Part shown: piece after piece, positions 33,828 to 43,362 of the stretch | Numbering within the stretch: position 1 is the stretch's first letter | How the letters are laid out: each line of letters opens with the position of its first letter | Assembly: GCA_002937895.1 (NCBI GenBank) | Contig: PTKV01000004.1 | Coordinates: 11,496 to 75,495, forward strand | From: Alphaproteobacteria bacterium MarineAlpha5_Bin9 | GTDB taxonomy: Bacteria > Pseudomonadota > Alphaproteobacteria > HIMB59 > GCA-002718135 | Direction of reading: 5' to 3' | Length of the DNA stretch: 64,000 bases | The notes under the pieces: generated by a model | Database searches by the model: none | Told to the model about the DNA's origin: nothing | Seen by the model: only the letters and a program-made list of their open reading frames with translations | Program-made: the position numbers and the translations under genes

Positions 33828-36566
33828 ATGAACAAACAAAATAGACTTATTCTAATCGATGGTTCTGGATATATTTTTAGAGCCTATTATGCATTACCTC
33901 CTATGCAGAGAAAAGATGGCACACCTGTAAATGCAGTATTTGGATTTACAAATATGTTGGTTAAATTAATTCAGGAATATGAAAATGAAAAATTAATTGT
34001 AATTTTTGATGCTGCTAGAGATAATTTTAGAAACAAAATTTACTCTCAATATAAAGCAAATAGAGGTGAAACCCCAGAAGATCTTATACCTCAATTTGAT
34101 TTAATAAAAAAATGTGTGAAATCATTTAAATTACCACAATTAGAAATTAATGGTTATGAAGCTGATGACATAATAGCTACCTACACAAATTTAGCACAAA
34201 AACAAAAAATTCAATCTTTAATAATTTCTTCTGATAAAGATTTAATGCAACTAGTTAATAAGAATGTTGAAATGCTTGATCCTATGAAAAATAAAAAAAT
34301 AGGCATTAAAGAAGTCGAAGAAAAGTTTGGAGTTAAACCCAATAAAGTAATTCAGATTCAAGCTCTTACCGGGGATAAGATTGATAACATTCCTGGTGCT
34401 TCAGGTATTGGTCCTAAAACAGCATTAGAACTAATAAAAGAATATGGAAATATTGAAGAATTAATAAAAAATGCAAACAATATCAAGCAAGATAAAAGAA
34501 AAGAGATTATTAAAAGTTCAGCTGAAAATATTCGTTTGAGTTTAGAACTGGTTAAATTAGATCATGAAGTAGATTTGCCAATTAAAATTGATACTATAAC
34601 ACCTTATAAAGAAATTAAGAATAATTCCGATACTATTTATAGTTTTTTAAATGAACAAGGTTTTAAAACAATTTATGAAAGATTAAAAAAGAGTGTATTG
34701 GTAAAAGAAGATTTACATAAAGAGCCCAAAGATTTAACGCATAAATATATTACAATTAAAGATATTAAAACTTTAGCCGCAATACATAAAAAAATTAAAG
34801 ATATAGGTTATTGTTCAATTGACACTGAAACTGATTCACTAAGTATAGAAAAAGCAAATTTAATTGGAATATCTTTATGTTTTAATGAAAAAGAAGCTTA
34901 TTATATTCCTATGAATCATAAAGAAATTGTTACAAATAAAAAATTAAAACACCAAATAGATCAAAAGAAAGTAATAGAGATTATTAATCTTATTTGTTCA
35001 GATCCTGCTATTATAAAAATTGGACAAAATATTAAATACGACATTAGAATTTTAAATAAATATAAAGTAACATTTGAAGCAATAGAAGATACAATGCTTA
35101 TGTCATATGCTATTGATAATGGGATAACTAGACACGGAATGGATGATCTTGCTTATAGACACTTACAACATAATACAATTAAATTTAAAGATCTAGTAGG
35201 TTCTGGGAAGAAACAAATTACATTTGATTATGTAAATATTCATGCAGCAACAAAATATGCTGCAGAAGATGCTTTAATAACTTTAAAATTATATAACTTG
35301 TTTAAAAAAAGATTAATAAAAGAAAAGGTATCATTTATATACGAAAAAATTGATAAACCTCTTATCAAAGTATTATCATCAATGGAAAATTATGGAATAA
35401 AAATAAATAGAGAATATTTAGACATTTTGAGCAAAGAATTTGATGAAGAAAGTAAAAAATTAGAAAAAAAAATATTTATGATTACAAAAAAAGATTTTAA
35501 CATTGGTTCGCCAAAACAACTAGGAGAAATCCTTTTTCTTGAAATGGGATTGCAAGGAGGTAAAAAAACAAAAACAGGAACATATTCTACTGACTCAGGA
35601 ATTTTGGAAAATTTATCGAATCAAGGTCATAAAATTGCTAAATTGGTTTTGGATTGGAGAGAATTAACCAAACTTAAATCAACATACACTGATGCACTAT
35701 TATTACAAGCAAATCAAAATACTAGCCGCGTGCATACATCCTATTCTCTTGCCACAACATTAACTGGAAGATTAAGTTCAAATGATCCTAATTTACAAAA
35801 TATTCCTATTAGAACTGAAAATGGTAAAAAAATTCGTAAAGCTTTTATTAGTGAAAAAAAATATAAGTTAGTTAGTTTTGATTATTCTCAAATAGAATTG
35901 AGATTAGCGGCTGAAATTTCAAAAGATTCAAATTTTATTAGTGCATTTGTTAATGGTCAAGATATTCACAATTCTACTGCTAAAGAAATATTTGGTCTAA
36001 ACGAAAAAAATATTACTTCTGAACATAGAAGAAAAGCAAAAGCTATTAATTTTGGTATAATTTATGGAATTAGCCCTTATGGATTAGCAAAACAATTATC
36101 TATTACTAATCATGAGGGTAAAAAGTATATAGAAGAATATTTTGCTAGATTTCCTAAAATTAAAGATTACATGCAATATCAGGTTAATTATGCAAAATCC
36201 CATAATTATGTAGAAACTATTTTTGGGAGAAAGTGTTACATTACCTCAATTAATGATAAAAATTATGTTTTAAGAGGTTTTTCTGAGAGACAATCTATAA
36301 ATGCACCTATTCAAGGAACAGCTGCAGACATAATTAAACTTGCAATGATAGAAATTCATAAGAATATTTTATTAAAAAAAATTGATGCTAAAATGCTTCT
36401 ACAAGTTCATGATGAATTAATATTTGAAATAAAAGAAGAAGCTATAGATGATAATATTTATAAAATTAAAAATATAATGGAAACTAATCATTTGAAAATT
36501 AAAAAATTTCTTGTCCCCTTAATTGTTGACTGTGGGATTGGAGATAATTGGTCTGAATCTCATTAA
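33828..36566 (+). CDS. polA: DNA polymerase I
   Basis: 912 aa with 5'-nuclease, 3'-5' exonuclease and polymerase domains (DYSQIELR, QVHDEL). Confidence 0.95.
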   Translation: MNKQNRLILIDGSGYIFRAYYALPPMQRKDGTPVNAVFGFTNMLVKLIQEYENEKLIVIFDAARDNFRNKIYSQYKANRGETPEDLIPQFDLIKKCVKSFKLPQLEINGYEADDIIATYTNLAQKQKIQSLIISSDKDLMQLVNKNVEMLDPMKNKKIGIKEVEEKFGVKPNKVIQIQALTGDKIDNIPGASGIGPKTALELIKEYGNIEELIKNANNIKQDKRKEIIKSSAENIRLSLELVKLDHEVDLPIKIDTITPYKEIKNNSDTIYSFLNEQGFKTIYERLKKSVLVKEDLHKEPKDLTHKYITIKDIKTLAAIHKKIKDIGYCSIDTETDSLSIEKANLIGISLCFNEKEAYYIPMNHKEIVTNKKLKHQIDQKKVIEIINLICSDPAIIKIGQNIKYDIRILNKYKVTFEAIEDTMLMSYAIDNGITRHGMDDLAYRHLQHNTIKFKDLVGSGKKQITFDYVNIHAATKYAAEDALITLKLYNLFKKRLIKEKVSFIYEKIDKPLIKVLSSMENYGIKINREYLDILSKEFDEESKKLEKKIFMITKKDFNIGSPKQLGEILFLEMGLQGGKKTKTGTYSTDSGILENLSNQGHKIAKLVLDWRELTKLKSTYTDALLLQANQNTSRVHTSYSLATTLTGRLSSNDPNLQNIPIRTENGKKIRKAFISEKKYKLVSFDYSQIELRLAAEISKDSNFISAFVNGQDIHNSTAKEIFGLNEKNITSEHRRKAKAINFGIIYGISPYGLAKQLSITNHEGKKYIEEYFARFPKIKDYMQYQVNYAKSHNYVETIFGRKCYITSINDKNYVLRGFSERQSINAPIQGTAADIIKLAMIEIHKNILLKKIDAKMLLQVHDELIFEIKEEAIDDNIYKIKNIMETNHLKIKKFLVPLIVDCGIGDNWSESH

Positions 36567-36573
36567 CATAAAA

Positions 36574-36702
36574 ATGAAAAATCAAAATGAGAAATCAAAA
36601 AAAAATAATCCAATGGCAAAAGATTTAAGAACTCCTAAATATAAACAAAAAACAATAAAGAGTAAGAAAATTTATAATAGAAAAAAGAAGTCTTCTATCT
36701 AA
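36574..36702 (+). CDS. unlisted 42-codon highly basic small ORF (possible ArfA-like ribosome-associated peptide)
   Basis: My own translation is MKNQNEKSKKNNPMAKDLRTPKYKQKTIKSKKIYNRKKKSSI. It fills an otherwise unexplained 132-bp gap in a genome where gaps are usually under 30 bp. It is below the ORF-track size cutoff. Confidence 0.35.
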   Translation: MKNQNEKSKKNNPMAKDLRTPKYKQKTIKSKKIYNRKKKSSI

Positions 36703-36938
36703 AAATCTTCATTTGGATAATTAAAAGCAAGCCAATTTTCAATGTCAGAATAGCCACCAATGTGTTTATCATTTATTACAATTTGAGGAACTTGATTCGC
36801 ATTAGGAAATTTATTAAAAAACTCATCTCTTGTAATATCTTTTCCTAACATTAGGATAATAGGGTTAAATTTAGATAAAATATTTTTTGCCTTAAGACAA
36901 TTTGGGCAGTTTTCCTTGGAATATATAATTATTTTCAT
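36699..36938 (-). CDS. glutaredoxin-like protein in the nrd operon
   Basis: 79 aa thioredoxin fold with a CPNC active site and a GGYSD motif. It overlaps the nrdB stop by 1 nt. Confidence 0.8.
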   Translation of the reverse strand: MKIIIYSKENCPNCLKAKNILSKFNPIILMLGKDITRDEFFNKFPNANQVPQIVINDKHIGGYSDIENWLAFNYPNEDF

Positions 36939-37927
36939 TAAAAAGCTTCATCAAAAGCTATAGAACGGTCTTTAGGTCTTTGGTATTCTGAGACTCTTTT
37001 CTCGAAAAAATTAGTTACATTTTGAACATCCAATGCTCTCATAAAATCAAAAGGATTTTCTGTATTAAATATTCTTTCAAATTCAAAAAGATCAGCTATT
37101 CTATCAGCTACAGCTTCAATATATTTGCACATCAAGTCACTGTTCATTCCAATTAAATCTACTGGTAAAGCAGCTTTTACAAAATTTTTTTCAAATTCTA
37201 CAGCTTCCCTAACTATTTCTTCAAATTGTGATTGGCTCACATTGCCAGTAATTAAACTTATATCCCTTATATCAGTATCTTCTAATTTTCCATTATTATA
37301 CTTATCTCTTAAGGTTCTATACATAAGTGAAGAAAAACTAAAATGCATACCTTCGTCTCTAGCAATCCAATCATTTGAAAGAGCTAAACCTGGTAACAAA
37401 CCTCTTTTTCTAAAATAATAAATTGCACAAAATGAACCTGCAAAAAACAAACCTTCAACCAAACCAAAACCAATTAATCTTGTTAATAGATTTTGATTAC
37501 CATTTAGCCATTTTGATACCCATTGTGCTTTTTGATTAATGCAATGAACATTTTCTATTGCAGAAAATAATCGATCTTTTTCATCTGGATTTTCAACATA
37601 TGATTCTATCTGCAAAGCATACATTTCAGCATGAATAGACTCATTAAGCATTTGAACAGATATAAAACATCTGGCTTCGGGAATTAATATTTCCTTGTAA
37701 AATCTTGAAGCTAAATTTTCATTTATCATTGCTTCAGAATTAGCAAAAAAAGCTAAAACTTGTTTAATAAAATGTCTTTCACCATCAGTTAAATTTTTAA
37801 GATCTCTTATATCATCTTGAAGAGAAACTTCTTCAGGTGTCCAGAAGGCTTGAATATGTTGTTTATATCTATCCCATATTTCATGGTGTTTTATGGGAAA
37901 TATTGACTTACATCCTTTAGAAATCAT
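36938..37927 (-). CDS. nrdB: class Ia ribonucleotide reductase beta subunit
   Basis: 329 aa with di-iron ligand and tyrosyl-radical context (NESIHAEMY, RDEGMH) and a eukaryote-like C-terminal tail (AFDEAF). Confidence 0.92.
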   Translation of the reverse strand: MISKGCKSIFPIKHHEIWDRYKQHIQAFWTPEEVSLQDDIRDLKNLTDGERHFIKQVLAFFANSEAMINENLASRFYKEILIPEARCFISVQMLNESIHAEMYALQIESYVENPDEKDRLFSAIENVHCINQKAQWVSKWLNGNQNLLTRLIGFGLVEGLFFAGSFCAIYYFRKRGLLPGLALSNDWIARDEGMHFSFSSLMYRTLRDKYNNGKLEDTDIRDISLITGNVSQSQFEEIVREAVEFEKNFVKAALPVDLIGMNSDLMCKYIEAVADRIADLFEFERIFNTENPFDFMRALDVQNVTNFFEKRVSEYQRPKDRSIAFDEAF

Positions 37928-37936
37928 TATTTTTTA

Positions 37937-40693
37937 TTATGCACTGCAAGTATCGCATTCCTCTGTTTGATTGACTTCTATATATTTATTTCTGGCAGCT
38001 TTTTCATTTGAAACTGTAACTTTTACTGCATCTACTGCCGATCTACTTCTTAAGTAATACATTCCTGTTTTTAGTCCTTTTTTCCATGCATACATATGCA
38101 TAGAACTAACTTTGCCAAAAGTTGGGTTTGCTAACCATAAATTCATTGATTGAGTTTGATCAATGAAAGGTCCTCTGTCAGCAGCCATATCAATCACTGT
38201 TTTTTGAGAAGTTTCCCAAACAGTCTTATAAATTTCTTTTAAGTCCTCAGGAAAATTAGGGATATTTTGAACTGATCCGTTTTCTAAAATTATGTTATCT
38301 CTCATATTTTTGTCCCACAATTTTCTTTTAGATAATTCTTTTACTAAGTGACGATTAACCAAAAGAAATTCTCCAGATAATGTTTGTCTTTTATAAATAT
38401 TAGAAGTTTGTATTTGAAAAGTTTCAGTGTTTCCTAAAATTATACCCGTTGAAGCAGTAGGCATGCAAGCAGTAGTTAAAGAATTTCTTACACCATGTTT
38501 ATTTATTTTATTTTTGAGACCTTCCCAATCCCACATATTAGATGGTTTTGTATTCCAAAGATCAAATTGGAACATTCCTTTTGATAATGGAGAGCCTTCA
38601 TAAGTAGAATAGGTTCCTTTTTCTTTTGCTAATTCCATTGAAGCCTCAATAGCACCAAAATAAATAGTTTCAAAAATTTGTATATTTAGTTTTTTAGCTT
38701 TTTCTGAGTCATATGGTAAATTTAACATAAAGAAAACATCAGCTAAACCTTGCACACCCAATCCTATAGGTCTATGCAAATTATTAGATTTATTTGTTTT
38801 ATCAGTAGGATAAAAATTGATGTCTATTACCATATCTAAATTTTTTACTGCTAGTTTTGATACTTCATATAATTTTTTAAAATTATATTTTTTTTCTTTA
38901 TTATTTACAAATTTTGGAAGAGCTATTGAGGCTAAATTACATACCGCTGTTTCATTTTTTTCAGAATATTCAACAATTTCTGCACATAGATTTGAAGATT
39001 TTATGACTCCTATATTTTTTTGGTTTGATTTTTTATTTATAGCATCTTTGTAAAGCATGTAGGGTTGTCCAGACTCGATTTGAGCTTCAATAATCCTTGA
39101 CATAAGAGTTCTAGCTTTAATTTTTTTAAGATGAGTTAATTTATTTTCATATTTAGTATAAAGTTTTTCAAATTCATTCCCATATGTGTCTGATAAACCC
39201 GGACATTCATTCTCGCTCATTAAAGTCCAATCTTTATCTTCTTCCACTCGTTTCATAAAAAGATCAGGTATCCAAAGCGCATAAAAAAGATCTCTTGCCC
39301 GAAATTCTTCAGCCCCTGTATTTTTTCTTAATTCTAAAAACTGCTCAATATCAGCGTGCCATGGCTCTAAATATACAGCAAAAGAACCTTTTCTTTTTCC
39401 CCCTCCTTGATCAACTGATCTAGCTGTCTCATTAAAAATTTTAAGGAAAGGAATGAGTCCATTTGATTTTCCGTTTGTTGATTTTATTCTACTTCCGCCT
39501 CCTCTAATATTATGGGCATGCATGCCTATTCCCCCAGCAGTTTTTGATATTAAAGCACAATCTTTAATAGTATTAAAAATACCTTCTATTGAGTCATCTT
39601 CCATAGCTATTAAAAAACAAGATGATAATTGTTGCATTTTCAATCCACTATTAAACAAAGTTGGAGTAGCATGAGTATAATATCCATTTGAAAGAGCTGA
39701 ATAAGTACGTTTTAATTTATCATAACTATACTCTTTTCCTATGACAGTTAAAGCAACCCTCATCCAAAGATCCTGAGGTCTTTCGACTGTTTTATTTTCG
39801 TATTTTAAAAGATAGGCTCTAGTTAGTGTTGTTAGCGCAAAATAATCAAAGTTATAATCACGATCATAATCAATAATAGATTCAATATCTTCTTCATGTT
39901 CAACTACTTTATTATAATAATCCTCATTTAATAGTCCATCCTCAAATAAAAGTTTACTAGCTATTATAAAACCTGGAGTGTGTTTATGTAATGAATTAGC
40001 TTTGATTCTTGCAGCTAAAATAGAATAATCAGGGTGCTCAACAGTTAAGGCAGCAGCTGTCTCAGCAAGGTAACTATCTATCTCTGTTGTAGTAATTTCA
40101 TTATAAAGTCCTGGTATAGCTTTTTGAGCTACAGTAATGGGATCAATAGATAATCCAGTTGATAGAACTGAAACTCTGTTTGAAATTTTTTCAAGAGAAA
40201 CTGGTTCTTTAGAGCCATTTCTTTTTGAAACTGTCATTGCAAAAACTTTTCCACCTACTTGTTCTTTTAATTTAATTGTATGATATCTTTGAGCGGCTCT
40301 TTGCTCTCTATATAAAACATATGCTCTTGCAACTTTGTGATGCTCTTCTCTCATTAAAGCAAGTTCTACTTGGTCTTGAATATCTTCAATATGAATCATG
40401 TCACCATCGGCTATTCTTCTTGTTAAGGCTGTAATAATTTTTTCTGTTAGGGAATTAACAGTTTTGTGGATATTATTATTTTCTTTATTTTCATCATTTT
40501 TATTATTTCTAATTTTTGTTTGTGCTAAAAAGGCTTTTTTAATTGCATTGAAAATTTTTTCTGATTTAAAAGGGGCAATAGAACCATCTCTTCTAACAAC
40601 TCTAAGGCTGATGATATCAACTTTATTTTCTGTTATTGGTTTTGATTTGATATCACTATTTGTATTTTTCAGATTTTGAGAATTCTGTGCCAT
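37937..40693 (-). CDS. nrdA: class Ia ribonucleotide reductase alpha subunit with two N-terminal ATP-cones
   Basis: 918 aa with a catalytic Cys in SSNLCAEI, a C-terminal CDTC redox pair and two ATP-cone-like segments (VVRRDGS..., VSKRNGS...). Confidence 0.95.
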   Translation of the reverse strand: MAQNSQNLKNTNSDIKSKPITENKVDIISLRVVRRDGSIAPFKSEKIFNAIKKAFLAQTKIRNNKNDENKENNNIHKTVNSLTEKIITALTRRIADGDMIHIEDIQDQVELALMREEHHKVARAYVLYREQRAAQRYHTIKLKEQVGGKVFAMTVSKRNGSKEPVSLEKISNRVSVLSTGLSIDPITVAQKAIPGLYNEITTTEIDSYLAETAAALTVEHPDYSILAARIKANSLHKHTPGFIIASKLLFEDGLLNEDYYNKVVEHEEDIESIIDYDRDYNFDYFALTTLTRAYLLKYENKTVERPQDLWMRVALTVIGKEYSYDKLKRTYSALSNGYYTHATPTLFNSGLKMQQLSSCFLIAMEDDSIEGIFNTIKDCALISKTAGGIGMHAHNIRGGGSRIKSTNGKSNGLIPFLKIFNETARSVDQGGGKRKGSFAVYLEPWHADIEQFLELRKNTGAEEFRARDLFYALWIPDLFMKRVEEDKDWTLMSENECPGLSDTYGNEFEKLYTKYENKLTHLKKIKARTLMSRIIEAQIESGQPYMLYKDAINKKSNQKNIGVIKSSNLCAEIVEYSEKNETAVCNLASIALPKFVNNKEKKYNFKKLYEVSKLAVKNLDMVIDINFYPTDKTNKSNNLHRPIGLGVQGLADVFFMLNLPYDSEKAKKLNIQIFETIYFGAIEASMELAKEKGTYSTYEGSPLSKGMFQFDLWNTKPSNMWDWEGLKNKINKHGVRNSLTTACMPTASTGIILGNTETFQIQTSNIYKRQTLSGEFLLVNRHLVKELSKRKLWDKNMRDNIILENGSVQNIPNFPEDLKEIYKTVWETSQKTVIDMAADRGPFIDQTQSMNLWLANPTFGKVSSMHMYAWKKGLKTGMYYLRSRSAVDAVKVTVSNEKAARNKYIEVNQTEECDTCSA

Positions 40694-40990
40694 CAGGTTA
40701 TTTTCTTTTCATATAGTATAATATTGGAATACAACTGTATGTAGTGTTGCCTCTTAAATTACAATACAATATTTGCCGCATACCGCAATAAGAACAAAAT
40801 ATGAACTTAGATATTTTTTTATAAAAGTCAATTTTTATTTATATTTTTGATTTCAAGTTATTGAATTAGTTTAATTATCTAATATTTGATATCTAACTAA
40901 ATATTTATTTTATAACAATTTATAAAAAAATGAAAGATATGTATATTTGACTTAAAACTGCCATAAAATATTATTAGTTGATAAAAAATT

Positions 40991-41707
40991 ATGACCATAA
41001 TTGCCTTAGTAGATGATGAAGAAAGTATAAGGACGTCAGTTTCTCTTGCTCTCAAACAAGATGGATTCGAAGTAGATTCTTTTCAAAATGGAGAAGAGGC
41101 ACTCGAATCTCTTGAGAAAAAAAACTATGATCTTGGATTGTTTGATATAAAGATGCCAAGAATGACAGGTAATGAGCTTTTGATGAAAGTTCGATCTAGT
41201 AAAAACCTTGACTTAAAAAATCTTCCTATAATTTTCTTAACTTCAAAAGATCAGGAGCAAGATGAAATTATAGGTTTAAGGATGGGTGCAGCAGATTATA
41301 TAAAAAAACCCTTTTCTCAAAAATTACTTAATGAAAGGATTAGAACTGTTTTAAGAATTCATGCCAATAGAAAAACAAGTAGCGGTGTATTAAATTCAGA
41401 TAAAAAAAATATATTAAAACATGGTGAATTACAATTAGATCATGAAAAACAATTATGTTTTTGGAAGCAACAACCTATTGAATTAACTGTAGCAGAATTT
41501 CATCTTATAAATTGTTTAGCAAAAAATCCTGGAGTTGTAAAAGATAGAAATCAACTTATGGATGCAATGTATGGTGATAACATTTACGTAGATGATAGAA
41601 CAATTGATAGTCATGTTAAAAGATTGAGAAAAAAATTTGTTGAAATAGATAATTTTTTTGATCAGATTCAAACACGCTATGGCATGGGATATAAATGGCG
41701 TGAATAG
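40991..41707 (+). CDS. chvI: OmpR-family response regulator, ChvI-like
   Basis: 238 aa. Its motifs (IALVDDEESIRTSVSLAL, FDIKMPRMTG, IIFLTSKDQEQDEI, KPFSQKLL) closely track what I remember of rhizobial ChvI. It also has a winged-helix C-terminus. Confidence 0.8.
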   Translation: MTIIALVDDEESIRTSVSLALKQDGFEVDSFQNGEEALESLEKKNYDLGLFDIKMPRMTGNELLMKVRSSKNLDLKNLPIIFLTSKDQEQDEIIGLRMGAADYIKKPFSQKLLNERIRTVLRIHANRKTSSGVLNSDKKNILKHGELQLDHEKQLCFWKQQPIELTVAEFHLINCLAKNPGVVKDRNQLMDAMYGDNIYVDDRTIDSHVKRLRKKFVEIDNFFDQIQTRYGMGYKWRE

Positions 41708-43359
41708 TGTTTCTAAAAAAAATATATCTATATAATTTTTCATTAACTACCCAAATAATTATTATCAATATTATTACTGCTGCAATTGGGCTAGTTTTTA
41801 TCTTTTTTGCAAATTTATTTTTATTAAATAATAATAAAAATTTTGAATTACAAAGAGATCAATTACAAATAAAAATTGATACCATGAATGTTTCTATAGA
41901 AGATATTGCAGGATATTTATTAACCAACTCAGTTTTTAATATTCCAATGTTTAATGAAGAAAGTGGAGAGGTAATTCTTTCTTTAGAACAGCAATTGGAT
42001 CCATATAGTTCACAACTTTATATAGAGGATAAATATCTCAATAAACCTTATGAAATAAGAATTTTTAGCTCAGATTTTATAAAATATGTTGATACACAAA
42101 ATATTTTTATTAATGACGAAATAATCGAAATTGAACTAGGACAAGCCAAAGATAAACAGAGTCTTTATAATGTTTATCAAGACTATTATATTAATTTTTT
42201 CAATTCTCTTCAAAAAATATTTTATAGACAAAAATTAAAAGAAAAAATTGAGTTTGCAAAAAATGATATTTTTTTTATGATTCAATCCATAAAAAGCCAA
42301 CAAAAAATATCTAAGTTTTATTATAATGAAAATAATAATTTATCTTATAATATTTCAAAACCTTTAATTAAAAATAATACTACATATGGAGCAGTAATTA
42401 TGAAAGGTTATATAAAAGAAACAAACAATGAGGCTTCAATTATATCTCTTTATTTATTAAATTTCTTTTTTATAATAATTTTTTTTACATTTTTATTATC
42501 AATTATGTTTACACGAAGCATAATTCGACCAATTAAAACCTTATCTTTTTTAGCTAAAATGGAAAAAGATAAATTATATAAAAAAGAAAATATTATTAAA
42601 TACCCTTTAAGAAAAGATGAAATTGGAGCACTTAGTCAGGAAATAAAAAATTTATCTAAAGATTTAAAAGATAAAATAAATGAACTACAAAATTTTTCTG
42701 CAGATGTGGCTCATGAGCTTAAAAATCCACTAACAAGTATTAAATCTTCTAGTGAATTATTATCTATTAATAAAATCGGAGAGGAAAATAAAAAATTACT
42801 TTTTATCAATATTGAAAAAGAATTAGGAAAAATGGATAAGCTAATATCTGACATTACTCATTACACAAGAACAAACGCAGAGATAGAGGAGCAATCATTT
42901 GGTTATTTTGATATAATTAGATTTACAAAAGTATTTTTTAATAACTTTTTAGAAAATAATAAAAATATAAAGATAAAAATTGATTTTGAACAAGATGAGA
43001 TTTATGTGAAAGCTAATGAAAGTAAACTTTCTCAGGTATTTATTAATCTAATCGAAAATGCTATTTCTTTTTCTCCACTTAATTCAAGTATATATATAAA
43101 AGTTGAAAAAAAGGATCAAAAAACTGTCATAATATTTTTTTGTGATCAAGGCCCCGGCATTGAATACAAACTAAAAGATAAAATTTTTAATCGTTTTTAT
43201 ACTGATAGAAATGAAAAAAATGAGCAACACTCAGGTTTAGGACTATCTATTTCTAAGAAAATAATAGAAAGTTTTGGAGGATATTTAGAACTATGTGAAA
43301 ATAATCAAGTTGGTTATAAAGGTGCTTGTTTCAAATTAAAATTAAATATAAAAGACTAG
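41707..43359 (+). CDS. chvG: sensor histidine kinase, ChvG/ExoS-like
   Basis: 550 aa with two TM segments flanking a ~200-aa periplasmic region, a HAMP domain, an H-box (ADVAHELKNPLTSI) and an HATPase domain. The GTG start overlaps the chvI stop (TAGTG). Confidence 0.7.
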   Translation: MFLKKIYLYNFSLTTQIIIINIITAAIGLVFIFFANLFLLNNNKNFELQRDQLQIKIDTMNVSIEDIAGYLLTNSVFNIPMFNEESGEVILSLEQQLDPYSSQLYIEDKYLNKPYEIRIFSSDFIKYVDTQNIFINDEIIEIELGQAKDKQSLYNVYQDYYINFFNSLQKIFYRQKLKEKIEFAKNDIFFMIQSIKSQQKISKFYYNENNNLSYNISKPLIKNNTTYGAVIMKGYIKETNNEASIISLYLLNFFFIIIFFTFLLSIMFTRSIIRPIKTLSFLAKMEKDKLYKKENIIKYPLRKDEIGALSQEIKNLSKDLKDKINELQNFSADVAHELKNPLTSIKSSSELLSINKIGEENKKLLFINIEKELGKMDKLISDITHYTRTNAEIEEQSFGYFDIIRFTKVFFNNFLENNKNIKIKIDFEQDEIYVKANESKLSQVFINLIENAISFSPLNSSIYIKVEKKDQKTVIIFFCDQGPGIEYKLKDKIFNRFYTDRNEKNEQHSGLGLSISKKIIESFGGYLELCENNQVGYKGACFKLKLNIKD

Positions 43360-43362
43360 TTC

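Noticed and set aside
40694-40990. tRNA or other structured RNA gene in the largest intergenic region
   Set aside because: No cloverleaf-compatible stems and no GC-rich helices. The region is almost pure A/T apart from one CCGCA repeat. The only ORFs are 6-7 codons long.
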